From NCBI GenBank assembly GCA_046329535.1, contig JAXLUN010000004.1, positions 76,443-140,442 of the forward strand: a stretch of DNA of 64,000 nt, given 5' to 3'. The notes beneath the pieces were generated by a model, which did no database searches, was not told the origin of the DNA, and was given only the letters and a program-made list of their open reading frames with translations. Below, piece by piece: positions 20,433-30,410 of this stretch. This DNA is from Chitinophagales bacterium (GTDB lineage: Bacteria > Bacteroidota > Bacteroidia > Chitinophagales > LD1). Position numbers and translations under genes: made by a program. Numbering within the stretch: position 1 is the stretch's first letter; the number at the start of each line of letters is the position of its first letter.

Positions 20433-21134
20433 TTATCGAAGGTAATAGGTGCCTATTTTAAAAATCAGTAAAAAGAAGAAGGTATAAAATACAAATCCTC
20501 CAACGTGAAGCCACCCTACTGAAAGTTTCGCTTTTTTATAGGCATAATAACAGAACGGTCCGCCCCATGTAAGCATTAGTATACCATAAACCGCAAGAAA
20601 TGTTTGGTTGCTGAAAGCCACTTGAAGGAAATACCCTAATTGTAAAAGCCACTGATAAAGTAATAAGTAGTCAGCCCAAAAAATTATCATTAAGAGGAGT
20701 AAAATTTTTATCGCAGAAAGATTAATGTATCTGTTAGCGTGCTGAATAAACGTTACAAACATTAATGGAATAATGAACAGCATACCTGAAGGTAAATAGT
20801 TCTTATGTACCATAAACGTGGGTATATAGTTGAATAAAGGGATTTCTATTTGGTAGTTTGATCCTGTCAAATAGGAAACTACCGGTACAGCCGGGAAGAG
20901 AAGAATCCAGTAGGGGGCATATCCGAAAAAAAATCCACGAGTGTCCTCTACTTCAGTTTTGAAGAGTTTACCTGAAAGAAAATGAACTGTACTCACAATC
21001 GAGAAGTAAAGAACGAATAGGTAAAAAAAATTGAAAAAATTACTCCAAAAACCCACATGCATCAAGGTATAGTCAAAAAAGACTCTGAGCGTAGCAGCAA
21101 TGCATAGTATGGAAACAAACTTTTTTTCGCTCAT
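20433..21134 (-). CDS. Polytopic membrane protein of unknown function
   Basis: 233 aa with ~7 hydrophobic helices. Its start overlaps the UbiA stop by 4 nt (ATGA), which implies translational coupling. Confidence 0.55.
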   Translation of the reverse strand: MSEKKFVSILCIAATLRVFFDYTLMHVGFWSNFFNFFYLFVLYFSIVSTVHFLSGKLFKTEVEDTRGFFFGYAPYWILLFPAVPVVSYLTGSNYQIEIPLFNYIPTFMVHKNYLPSGMLFIIPLMFVTFIQHANRYINLSAIKILLLLMIIFWADYLLLYQWLLQLGYFLQVAFSNQTFLAVYGILMLTWGGPFCYYAYKKAKLSVGWLHVGGFVFYTFFFLLIFKIGTYYLR

Positions 21135-21979
21135 GAAACAACCTTTTGAAAAAAGTAACCTATAAAACCTGTTAGCAATAAAACAAGATTAGTAAGAATA
21201 AGGGCTTTATACAACCTGGCTAATGAAATATTCCTACGCAGGAAATATAATTCTACTATAGCCGAACAAGCAAATACCCCGCTTAATAAAATGAATCCGT
21301 TTATATCTCGATAGACAAACGCAGTTGCTGAAAGAGTGATTAGTCCGATAAAGCTGAAATGGGTCAATTTTTTTTCGCCAACCTTATGCGCCCAGTTTTC
21401 GCTTTTGTATGCCAGATCGCCCTTTACATCTTCAATGTCTTTTAATGGAACCATGCAAAAGCAATAACCGAAGATGATGCCTACATAACTGAAGTATTTT
21501 TCAATTTGCTCGGTATAAATTATTGCTAAAGTAGCCGGCAATACAACAATAATAGTAGTGAGTAAGGTTGCCATCCATGCCTTTTTCTTTAACGGATAAA
21601 ATGGATTGGAGTATAAAATCCCTAGAACGGGGAATGAATAGAGAGCAATGAGCAGACTTGTATGGTGCCAAAAGACAAGGGGTAAGGTGATTGATAACAG
21701 CCCCAATACACCGATATATTTTTTAGCTAACGACTTGGTAATTTTGCCCGAAGGCAAAGGTCTATATGGTTTGTTGATGGCGTCAATGTCAGCATCGTAA
21801 TATGAGTTGATGGAGTATATGAAATTTACGAATACTACACCCAGAGATATGCCTAAAAATACTGCTGGGCCATCTATTTTTCCATAGTTAGTGATGATAA
21901 GGGTTACAAAGAAACTGAAGATAGTAATCAGGAAAGAGTCAATACGGTAAAGTTGAAGTAGACCTGAAATATTTTTCAT
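21131..21979 (-). CDS. UbiA-family prenyltransferase
   Basis: First Asp-rich motif NSYYDADID (NxxxDxxxD) followed by YRPLPSG, and second motif KDIEDVKGD. 282 aa with multiple TM helices. Confidence 0.85.
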   Translation of the reverse strand: MKNISGLLQLYRIDSFLITIFSFFVTLIITNYGKIDGPAVFLGISLGVVFVNFIYSINSYYDADIDAINKPYRPLPSGKITKSLAKKYIGVLGLLSITLPLVFWHHTSLLIALYSFPVLGILYSNPFYPLKKKAWMATLLTTIIVVLPATLAIIYTEQIEKYFSYVGIIFGYCFCMVPLKDIEDVKGDLAYKSENWAHKVGEKKLTHFSFIGLITLSATAFVYRDINGFILLSGVFACSAIVELYFLRRNISLARLYKALILTNLVLLLTGFIGYFFQKVVS

Positions 21980-22006
21980 TATAAAAGCGGATGCTATTGT
22001 TTTTTC

Positions 22007-22906
22007 TTAGGATAATGAATATTCATTCAGGTATGGTGCATATAACTTCTCTGTTTTCAGAACTTCTGCTTTATCCGTCATAAAATCAGCCATTGGTTTT
22101 ATTTGGCTCATATCTAGCGGCCGTTTTACAAATTTTGCCAGAAATAGTAAAAATGCATGAGGTTCATCCTTGCGAACTATACTGGCATATTTTTTATATG
22201 CCAACTCTTGAAATGATCGCGGAAAGTATTTAAGAAGTTGATAAACCAGATTAGAAAGCTGCTGATATGCTGTAAGCACTTGAATATTGTAAGCCGCATT
22301 TATTTTTTTGTCCGTAAAATGAAACTTCTCCTTAATGTCCAGTTCCTTCTCAATAAGGGAAATAAACTCCTGAAGATTATCTCTCATTAACTCGTAGGGC
22401 ATCACCACTACCTTATCGCGGCCGAATTTCTCTCTATAGGAATTTATGACGTATGAATAATCGAGCATGGAGGCAAAAAGTGAATGATTGGCTTTGATAA
22501 AGTCATCCGGTTTCAAAGAGCCTGCCATCGCCAGATATTGAGAGTAGATGGATTGAAATATTGTTTTGTAGCTTCTGGTAACAATCAAAATTTTGGCTGA
22601 TGGAAAAAACTGATGTAACATTTCACATACATTCTCCTGATATCTGCGGTGATTAAAATCGTAAGTTTCTCTTAATCCAACCAAATCTCTCTCGCTTTGA
22701 AATAAGGTCAGATCTTCGCAGCTTAAAACATAGCTTTGGGGAGTAGTGGGACTGAATTGAGCATACTTGGCCAACTCCCACGCATTTAAAAAACCCTGTG
22801 CTATATACTTTGGTTGATAATATACATGAGGGTTTTGTTCAAACCACTTTTGTAGATAAGTGGAACCTGATTTCGGAAAGCCTATATGAAGTAGCAATTG
22901 AGGCAT
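22007..22906 (-). CDS. Sulfotransferase (PAPS-dependent family)
   Basis: 5'-PSB loop HIGFPKSGSTYLQ. The track start at 22945 overlaps the upstream ABC gene by 25 nt, and Met at 22906 (MPQLLLHIGFPKSGS) avoids the overlap. Confidence 0.7.
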   Translation of the reverse strand: MPQLLLHIGFPKSGSTYLQKWFEQNPHVYYQPKYIAQGFLNAWELAKYAQFSPTTPQSYVLSCEDLTLFQSERDLVGLRETYDFNHRRYQENVCEMLHQFFPSAKILIVTRSYKTIFQSIYSQYLAMAGSLKPDDFIKANHSLFASMLDYSYVINSYREKFGRDKVVVMPYELMRDNLQEFISLIEKELDIKEKFHFTDKKINAAYNIQVLTAYQQLSNLVYQLLKYFPRSFQELAYKKYASIVRKDEPHAFLLFLAKFVKRPLDMSQIKPMADFMTDKAEVLKTEKLYAPYLNEYSLS

Positions 22907-22920
22907 AGATTCTACTGCTG

Positions 22921-24165
22921 TTATTCCTGTTTTGATACCGAGCAATGAATCAAAGGTCTGATAATTCCCGGTGAATTTATTTTTAAATCTATATCTGCAT
23001 CGCTTGTTTTATCCGCTATTTTGAAGGTGAGAAACTTATCTGATGTCATTAGTATTGATTGCAGTTTTAAGTCGATAAGAACCAGGTCGGCAGAATACAT
23101 TCTGTCATTAAACAAATTGGCAGGCATTTTAAAAACAATACGATATGTTCCGGATTTAGTAATAGCGTTAACCGATTCAATACTGGAGCATACAAAAACT
23201 AATATACCGGTACTATCGTAAATCTTTAGCCTTAATACCAGTTCCAAATCAACTAACAGAGTAAGCTGTATAAATACTGAAAAGGAAGATGTTCTGCTGA
23301 TTCCCATACGGGAGGTCTCGTAGTCAATTATACCTGTATCATCTATTGTTAATACACCCTTCATTGTATTGGTAGAGTCTATTTTTTTAAGGTGATAAAA
23401 GGACTCTCCCTCAAATGAGAAAAACTGGGGTAAGGTACGAGACATATATTTTTGAATTACATCGCTTCCTCCTGAATCGATTATCTGACCTTGTTCCATC
23501 AAAATAAATCGATTACAGAGTATCACCATTTCATTCATGTTATGGCTGGCAATTAGCAGTGTTTTTCCAGCAGCGATGAGCTCCTCCATTCTACTCTTAC
23601 ACTTATTCTGAAAATTAGCATCACCTACGTTAATCACCTCATCTATCAGATATATATCTGCATCCAGACAGCTTACAATAGAAAAAGCCAAGCGCAAATA
23701 CATTCCGGAACTATAGTTTTTTACCGGCTCATCTATAAATCGCTCAATACCGCTAAAAGAAATTATCTCTTCCAGGCGATGCTCTATTTCGTGTTGAGTG
23801 AACTTATAAAGCGCAGCTGATAAATAAATATTCTCCCGGCCGCTAAGTTCCGGGTGAAAGCCTGCTCCTATATCCAATATGGAAACGGCTCTTCCGTAAA
23901 AATTTACTTCTCCTTCATCCGGCTGACTCACTCCGCTAAGTATTCTAAGCAGTGTTGATTTGCCGGCCCCGTTTTCTCCAATGATGCCTAGTGCTTCACC
24001 TTCTGATAGATTGAAGGATATGTTACGGAGCGCTTTAAATTTTTCTGTTTTTTCCTGTTTGAGATTCAGGCCTGCGGCAACAGTATTTTTTAAACTGTCG
24101 CTGATGTTTTCACGCAGATGGAAACTTTTCGAAACATTCTTTACCTCTAAAACAATCGTACTCAT
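22921..24165 (-). CDS. ABC transporter ATP-binding protein, Wzt/TagH/KpsT type, with a ~170-aa C-terminal extension
   Basis: Walker A GENGAGKST, signature SSGMYLRLAF, Walker B IYLIDE; 414 aa. Confidence 0.9.
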   Translation of the reverse strand: MSTIVLEVKNVSKSFHLRENISDSLKNTVAAGLNLKQEKTEKFKALRNISFNLSEGEALGIIGENGAGKSTLLRILSGVSQPDEGEVNFYGRAVSILDIGAGFHPELSGRENIYLSAALYKFTQHEIEHRLEEIISFSGIERFIDEPVKNYSSGMYLRLAFSIVSCLDADIYLIDEVINVGDANFQNKCKSRMEELIAAGKTLLIASHNMNEMVILCNRFILMEQGQIIDSGGSDVIQKYMSRTLPQFFSFEGESFYHLKKIDSTNTMKGVLTIDDTGIIDYETSRMGISRTSSFSVFIQLTLLVDLELVLRLKIYDSTGILVFVCSSIESVNAITKSGTYRIVFKMPANLFNDRMYSADLVLIDLKLQSILMTSDKFLTFKIADKTSDADIDLKINSPGIIRPLIHCSVSKQE

Positions 24166-24173
24166 ATATGGCT

Positions 24174-24995
24174 TTAAAGATAGTCAGCAATAAATTTTTC
24201 GTTTCGTATAAAATAAAGCAGACCCGAAATAGCGATAAATGATGCAAGCACCATAGAACATGCCAATTGAGAAAAATCAACAGGAATCCCGATGAAAATC
24301 CAGCGGTAAAGAGCAATAACATTGGCGGCCGGATGCAAATAATAAATCCAATTCAAACTATCCGGAACTATAGTGGTTGGATAAAAAACGGGAGTCAGCC
24401 AAATGCCAAAACCAATCAGGTAGGGGATTATATGATGCAAATCACGAAACCTGATGGTCAGCGCACTCAGCCATATGGCAATAGATAAACCAGCCAGTAT
24501 GTTGCACAAAATAGCAAAAGGAAGGAGCAAAATTCGGGATGTGAAATCGCAGCCGCTAAAGAGTATTAATACCACTAATAAGCAGAAGGAAATACTAAAC
24601 TCAATTAACCCTACAAATGCTTTCGATAAAAGAAGAATTAAACGAGGGAAATGTATTTTTTTTATCAGCAATTGGTTGGTAAGCAAAACAGTTCCGCCCT
24701 GACCAACAAGTGAAGTAAAGAAGAACCACCCCATAATACCCGTGAATACAAATACCGGATATGGAGCAGACATTTCTAATGGCAGTATCCTGTTAAAGAA
24801 GAACGTGAAAATTAAGAGTCCGGTAAGAGGTTGTATCAACGACCATAAAACTCCCAGATAAGTTTGTGCGTATTGAACTTTTAAATCACGAATGGCAAAA
24901 GTAGCTATCAGATTCCGCGACTGCCAAACCTGATTCAGGTAAACAGTTATAGATGGACTGCCGCCTTTTATTGTTTTAAGAATCTTACGCTCCAC
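24174..24995 (-). CDS. ABC-2 type transporter permease (Wzm/TagG/KpsM type)
   Basis: 273 aa with a GTG start. The N-terminal region LIATFAIRDLKVQYAQTYLGVLWSLIQP is typical of ABC-2 permeases. There are 6 TM helices, and the gene lies 8 nt upstream of the ATPase. Confidence 0.8.
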   Translation of the reverse strand: MERKILKTIKGGSPSITVYLNQVWQSRNLIATFAIRDLKVQYAQTYLGVLWSLIQPLTGLLIFTFFFNRILPLEMSAPYPVFVFTGIMGWFFFTSLVGQGGTVLLTNQLLIKKIHFPRLILLLSKAFVGLIEFSISFCLLVVLILFSGCDFTSRILLLPFAILCNILAGLSIAIWLSALTIRFRDLHHIIPYLIGFGIWLTPVFYPTTIVPDSLNWIYYLHPAANVIALYRWIFIGIPVDFSQLACSMVLASFIAISGLLYFIRNEKFIADYL

Positions 24996-25072
24996 AGGCT
25001 CAAAGTAAATATTCTTTCAGAATATCTGAGCTGACAAGTATTGGTAATAAACAATTAGTTAATAGTGTAGAG

Positions 25073-26203
25073 TTACAAGTAGAAATCCCGAATAGCATTG
25101 GATACTTCAATCACCTCATTGGCAGAAAGTCCGTAAAAGAGGGGAAGCCGAAGTAGACGCTTACTTTCAGATGTAGTATATTCATCCATTCCATGGAATC
25201 TGCCGGACTTTAACCCAAATTCACTGCTGTGTAACGGGCTGTAGTGAAACTGGGCATGAATCCCCTTTTCTTTCAGGGCCTCTACTAGTTGGTTTCTCTC
25301 TGCTTCAGTCTTTGTTTTGATAAAAAAGCAATGAGCGTTGTGCTTGATGGAGGAATCTACCCGCGGCAATAATATATGATGGTTGGTCTCCAGGGGTTTT
25401 AGCTGCTCATAATAAAGATTCCATAATTGGATGAACTGCCCGTTTATTTTCTCACAATTTTCTAACTGTGCATAAAGCATGGCGGCATTAAGTTCTGATA
25501 GCGGGTAATTAGAGCCTGTGCTTTTCCATTCATAACGGTTCGCTTCACCTTTAAAGAAAGAGCGCCTGTTAGTACCGAATTCGTATGGAACATAAAAATG
25601 CTCCAGTAGCTTAAGATTATTAATAGCTATACCGCCACCTTGGCCACAACTGATATTTTTTAAATGGTCAAAGCTGAAAGTCGATATATCGCCAAAGGTT
25701 CCTAGAGCATTGTTACCAATCTTAGCTCCGGTACCGTGGGCGTTGTCTTCTATAACAGTGATGTTATACCTCTGTGCAATTTCTTTTATTACCGGATAGT
25801 TACAGGAGACTCCAGCATAATTGATAGTGAGAATTGCTTTGGTACGGGCTGTGATAGCGGCCTCTAACTTAGTTTCGTCTAAGTTCATGGTGTCCGGATG
25901 AATGTCAATAAACACACATGTTCCGCCACGAAGAGCTACCGCATTTGAGCAGGCTACAAAGGCATAGGAGGGCATAATCACTTCATCTCCTGATTGAATG
26001 TTCAGCAGTAGAGTTGCCAATTCCAGTGCATCGGAACATGATTTGGTAAGAAAGAAGTGCTCTAATTGGTGGTGCTCGGTAAACCAGTTTTCACATTTCG
26101 CAACAAAACATTTATTCGCGAATGAATCTCCGCTACTTAACACTTCCTGAACATAGACCTGCTCCTTTCCGGTGATGGCTGTTTTAAAAAACGGGATTCT
26201 CAT
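25073..26203 (-). CDS. wecE: DegT/DnrJ/EryC1-family aminotransferase, WecE-like (TDP-4-keto-6-deoxy-sugar transaminase type)
   Basis: The arrangement LTKSCSDALELATLLLNIQSGDEVIMPSYAFVACSNAVALRGG..VFIDIHPDTMNLDE is close to WecE. The PLP-lysine context is FSFDHLKNISCGQGG. Confidence 0.8.
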   Translation of the reverse strand: MRIPFFKTAITGKEQVYVQEVLSSGDSFANKCFVAKCENWFTEHHQLEHFFLTKSCSDALELATLLLNIQSGDEVIMPSYAFVACSNAVALRGGTCVFIDIHPDTMNLDETKLEAAITARTKAILTINYAGVSCNYPVIKEIAQRYNITVIEDNAHGTGAKIGNNALGTFGDISTFSFDHLKNISCGQGGGIAINNLKLLEHFYVPYEFGTNRRSFFKGEANRYEWKSTGSNYPLSELNAAMLYAQLENCEKINGQFIQLWNLYYEQLKPLETNHHILLPRVDSSIKHNAHCFFIKTKTEAERNQLVEALKEKGIHAQFHYSPLHSSEFGLKSGRFHGMDEYTTSESKRLLRLPLFYGLSANEVIEVSNAIRDFYL

Positions 26204-26263
26204 CGGCTAATAGTTCGGGATGAAATTATAAACTTGGCAAAAATATGAAAGCCTGATTATACA

Positions 26264-27202
26264 TTACCTGTTCGAAGTTATTTGGGCAGGACTAATTGAG
26301 AAGGTTTTTCCTTCTTCAGCCAGATATGTAGACGGGAAAACCTCGCGGCTTTCAGTAAGTAACAAGTTTAAATCGTCATAGCGGGCCGAGAAATGTCCAA
26401 TTAAAAGTTTTTCAGCTTGGGCACGTTGTGCAATATCTGCTGCCTGTTTAGTAGTAGAATGAAAAGTTTCCTCTGCACGCAGAGCATGTTCATGAATAAA
26501 AGTGGCTTCGTGATATAAGGTGGTTACATTCCTTAGCTGCTCAATAATCTCTTCATGATATGCTGTGTCACTACAATAGGCATAGCTGCGTGGTGCAGGA
26601 GGTTCCGTTGTTAATTCCGTATGCGGTATTATGCGACCGTCTTCGGTAATAAAATCACTGCCATGCTTAATGTCTGATAAACGATGATAGGGAATGTTGT
26701 ATTCTGTAATCTTGTCAGAAATTATTCGTCTCAAATGTTTCTTCTCTTTAAATAGAAATCCTGTTGTAGGTAGTCGGTGCTTCAGAACTATGGTTTCAAC
26801 AGAAACAGAGTTATCATCATATATCACCCGTGTTTTGTCTGCAATAATGGGATGAAAATGGATGTCGTACTTAAGGTGAGTTTGAGAATGTTTGAAATGT
26901 ACGCTGATGATTTCTTCCAGGCCCGGAGGTCCGAATATATTTAATGGATGCTCTCTCCAATTCAAATTGAAAGAGGTAAGCAGTCCAATCAACCCAAAGT
27001 AATGGTCGCCATGAAGGTGTGAGATAAAGATATTATCCAACCGGCCTCTCTTAATGCTGTATTGGTTTATCTTAAACTGGGTTCCTTCGCCACAGTCTAT
27101 GAGAAACATACTGCCGTTGTAGTTCAATATCTGAGCTGAAGGGTAACGGTTATGTGCCGGAATAGCAGCGTTGCTTCCTAAAATAGTAACTTCAAATAAC
27201 AT
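26264..27202 (-). CDS. rnz: Ribonuclease Z
   Basis: Metallo-beta-lactamase motif SHLHGDH, an N-terminal ILGSNAAIP..YPSAQIL segment, and GHFSARY near the C-terminus; 312 aa. Confidence 0.85.
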   Translation of the reverse strand: MLFEVTILGSNAAIPAHNRYPSAQILNYNGSMFLIDCGEGTQFKINQYSIKRGRLDNIFISHLHGDHYFGLIGLLTSFNLNWREHPLNIFGPPGLEEIISVHFKHSQTHLKYDIHFHPIIADKTRVIYDDNSVSVETIVLKHRLPTTGFLFKEKKHLRRIISDKITEYNIPYHRLSDIKHGSDFITEDGRIIPHTELTTEPPAPRSYAYCSDTAYHEEIIEQLRNVTTLYHEATFIHEHALRAEETFHSTTKQAADIAQRAQAEKLLIGHFSARYDDLNLLLTESREVFPSTYLAEEGKTFSISPAQITSNR

Positions 27203-27211
27203 GCAGTAGGT

Positions 27212-27580
27212 TTAACTGCGCAGGTCGCGATCCAATTCCTCCATCATAATGTAGTCAACTGATTCGCTGGCTGAAGGAACAATATTCAGGATAGGTTCCA
27301 GCTGAGAAATCTTGATGAGTTTTTGTATATGGCTATTCAAGCCTGTTAGTACAAAAGTGCCTCCGGTTTCTTTGCAAAGACGGTTACCTACCAGTAGGGC
27401 GCTTAAGCCAGATGAGTCAACATATTGTACATCGGCTAAATCAAGTACTATATTCTTAAACCCTTCGTTATTCAGAATCACTAATTCAGATTTTAACTGG
27501 GGAGCTAAATTGCTAAGTAGTTTGTCTTCGTTTAATTTAACGATAACAAGTCTTTCTCTTTTGTCAACTTGAAATTTCAT
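27212..27580 (-). CDS. STAS-domain protein (anti-sigma-factor antagonist type)
   Basis: 122 aa with YVDSSGLSALL (DSSG phospho-serine context). Confidence 0.75.
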   Translation of the reverse strand: MKFQVDKRERLVIVKLNEDKLLSNLAPQLKSELVILNNEGFKNIVLDLADVQYVDSSGLSALLVGNRLCKETGGTFVLTGLNSHIQKLIKISQLEPILNIVPSASESVDYIMMEELDRDLRS

Positions 27581-27838
27581 AAGGAGTCCCGTTTAGTGTG
27601 CGCTAATATGGTTCTAATGTATAAACTTTTTGATAAAAAAATAGAATTGAGCAAAAATGTATGCAAAAGGATTCTATTGTCGAAACATTGTTAGCATTGT
27701 ATTGTTATTTCCAGCAACCTCACTTTGTTGATTCCGCAGAATTGACTTAGGTTTGATATATCATCAATATAAAAACAACAATTTTCCGACATAATGACCG
27801 TATTGTAAGTTGGATTGATATTTGAAACAGCTAAAACT

Positions 27839-30400
27839 ATGGAAGCAAAATTTTCACCAAAAGTTAAGGAAGTCATTTCGTATAGCCGTGAAGAAGCGTT
27901 GCGGTTACAACATGATTATATTGGTATAGAGCACTTATTACTGGGGTTGATACGGGAAGGAGAAGGATTAGCCATAAAAACATTAAAGAGTTTGGAGGTT
28001 GATGCAGTTATGTTAAGGAAAACAATCGAAGATTCTATTAAGGATAAGACGGTGAGAACGAATTACAACCCCGTTAATTTGCCACTAACCAAGCAAGCAG
28101 AAAAAGTGCTGAAGATTACTGTTTTGGAAGCTAAGGTTTTGAAGAGTGATGTAATTGGAACTGAGCATCTGTTACTTTCTATCTTGAAAAATAAGGATAA
28201 TCTGGCTACCCAGATATTAACACAAATGGATGTCGATTACGATGTATTCAGAAACGAATTGGAAAATGTGCAAAATGAAATGAAAGGCAATATGGAAACT
28301 AAAGCTGAACTGCCGAATGAACCCGAAGATGATCCATTTGAGGATGATAAGTCGAAAGGTGGAGGAACTGGTGGTTTCAGTCAGCAGCAGTCAAAGAAAC
28401 CTGGGGCTACGAAGTCTAAAACCCCTGTACTTGATAATTTTGGGAGAGATGTAACTCATCTAGCCGAGGAAGGCACGCTGGATCCAATTGTAGGCCGCGA
28501 AAATGAAATTGAGCGTGTATCGCAGATTTTATCGCGCAGAAAAAAGAATAACCCGATTCTGATTGGTGAGCCGGGTGTAGGAAAAACAGCTATTGTAGAG
28601 GGATTAGCACTTCGAATCATTCAAAAGAAAGTATCACGGGTTCTTTTTAATAAACGTATCGTCATGCTTGACTTAGCTGCCTTAGTGGCTGGTACAAAAT
28701 ACCGCGGTCAGTTTGAGGAGCGCATGAAAGCCATTATGAATGAGCTGGAGAAAAATAGAGATGTTATTCTTTTTATAGACGAGATACATACTATTGTGGG
28801 GGCTGGAGGAGCAACCGGTTCGCTTGATGCTTCTAATATTTTTAAGCCGGCTCTGGCTCGTGGCGAACTGCAATGCATAGGGGCTTCTACATTGGACGAG
28901 TATCGCCAATACATTGAAAAAGATGGCGCCTTGGCCCGCAGATTTCAGCAAGTTATTGTTGATCCGCCATCACCTGATGAAACGGTACAGATACTCACCA
29001 ACATAAAAGCAAAATACGAAGAGTATCACAGTGTAGATTATTCGCCAGAAGCCATTAAGGCCTGCGTTAAACTATCTACCCGATATATTACCGATCGTTT
29101 TTTACCAGACAAAGCCATTGATGTGATGGATGAGGTAGGCGCACGCGTTCACCTCAAAAATATTCACGTGCCTAAAAACATACTGGAGCTGGAAAAACAG
29201 GTAGAAGAAATTAAGAATCAGAAAAACCAGGTAGTGAAGAGTCAAAAGTATGAAGAAGCTGCCCGTTTACGTGATTCAGAAAAACGCCTCTTGGAAGATT
29301 TAGATAAAGCTAAAACCCAGTGGGATGAAGAGTCCAGAGTTAAACACTTTCCGGTAACCGAGGAAGATATTGCGGAGGTGGTGGCTATGATGACCGGCAT
29401 ACCAGTTAACAAGGTTGCTCAAAGCGAAAACAACAAACTGGTGAACATGAGCGCTGAAATTACCGGAGCGGTAGTGGGTCAAAACGAAGCGGTGAAGAAG
29501 GTGACAAAGGCTATTCAACGTAACCGCGTTGGGTTGAAAGATCCAAATAAACCTATCGGAACCTTTATTTTTCTGGGCCCTACCGGAGTTGGTAAAACAG
29601 AATTAGCCAAAGCTATTGCCCGCTACTTATTTGATAGTGAAGATGCCTTGATTCGTATTGATATGAGTGAGTATATGGAAAAGTTCTCTATCTCTCGTTT
29701 GGTTGGTGCGCCTCCGGGTTATGTAGGTTACGAAGAAGGAGGCATGCTGACCGAAAAGGTAAGGAGGAAACCTTATAGTGTTGTACTGCTTGATGAAATT
29801 GAAAAAGCTCACCCAGACGTTTTCAATATACTCTTGCAGGTGTTAGATGACGGTATATTAACCGATAGCTTAGGCCGCAGGGTTGATTTTAAGAACACGC
29901 TTATTATCATGACCTCTAATATTGGTGCTCGTGATCTGAAAGACTTTGGGCAGGGGGTAGGCTTTGCCACCAAATCTAAAACTGAACAGAACGATGATTA
30001 TTCAAACAATGTAATATCGAAGGCGCTGAAGAGAACATTCTCGCCCGAGTTTTTAAATCGTATTGATGATGTAATTATCTTCAACTCGCTCAACAAGGAG
30101 TCTATTCACAGTATTATTGATATAGCTCTGCGTGACGTTACCAAACGAATTGTTGAACTGGGCTTTGAAATTAAGCTGACCACAGAAGCGAAGGATTTCT
30201 TGGCTGATAAAGGTTACGACCCTCAGTTCGGTGCCCGTCCGTTGCACCGAGCCATACAAAAATATGTAGAAGACCCGCTGGCTGAAGAAATTCTCAGAGC
30301 CAATGCCAAAGCAGGCGATAGCTTTACGATTGAACTGAATAAAGGTGCCGAAGAGTTAACCATCACTCACGTAGCGGCACTAAACAAAACAGAGGCGTAG
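27839..30400 (+). CDS. clpC: ATP-dependent Clp protease ATP-binding subunit ClpC
   Basis: Two Clp_N repeats, Walker A motifs GEPGVGKT and GPTGVGKT, and a UVR-like [15 protein letters not shown]. The track start at 27815 is TTG; ATG at 27839 ([12 protein letters not shown]) is preferred. Confidence 0.9.
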   Translation: MEAKFSPKVKEVISYSREEALRLQHDYIGIEHLLLGLIREGEGLAIKTLKSLEVDAVMLRKTIEDSIKDKTVRTNYNPVNLPLTKQAEKVLKITVLEAKVLKSDVIGTEHLLLSILKNKDNLATQILTQMDVDYDVFRNELENVQNEMKGNMETKAELPNEPEDDPFEDDKSKGGGTGGFSQQQSKKPGATKSKTPVLDNFGRDVTHLAEEGTLDPIVGRENEIERVSQILSRRKKNNPILIGEPGVGKTAIVEGLALRIIQKKVSRVLFNKRIVMLDLAALVAGTKYRGQFEERMKAIMNELEKNRDVILFIDEIHTIVGAGGATGSLDASNIFKPALARGELQCIGASTLDEYRQYIEKDGALARRFQQVIVDPPSPDETVQILTNIKAKYEEYHSVDYSPEAIKACVKLSTRYITDRFLPDKAIDVMDEVGARVHLKNIHVPKNILELEKQVEEIKNQKNQVVKSQKYEEAARLRDSEKRLLEDLDKAKTQWDEESRVKHFPVTEEDIAEVVAMMTGIPVNKVAQSENNKLVNMSAEITGAVVGQNEAVKKVTKAIQRNRVGLKDPNKPIGTFIFLGPTGVGKTELAKAIARYLFDSEDALIRIDMSEYMEKFSISRLVGAPPGYVGYEEGGMLTEKVRRKPYSVVLLDEIEKAHPDVFNILLQVLDDGILTDSLGRRVDFKNTLIIMTSNIGARDLKDFGQGVGFATKSKTEQNDDYSNNVISKALKRTFSPEFLNRIDDVIIFNSLNKESIHSIIDIALRDVTKRIVELGFEIKLTTEAKDFLADKGYDPQFGARPLHRAIQKYVEDPLAEEILRANAKAGDSFTIELNKGAEELTITHVAALNKTEA

Positions 30401-30410
30401 GTATAACTTT

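Noticed and set aside
27815-27838. N-terminal extensions from TTG/GTG starts in the track (also 13724, 30696, 37213, 44505, 45665, 50341)
   Set aside because: In each case a downstream ATG gives a canonical N-terminus, either a signal peptide or a conserved family start such as MEAKFSPKV for ClpC. The 50341 TTG lies inside the rplX terminator hairpin.
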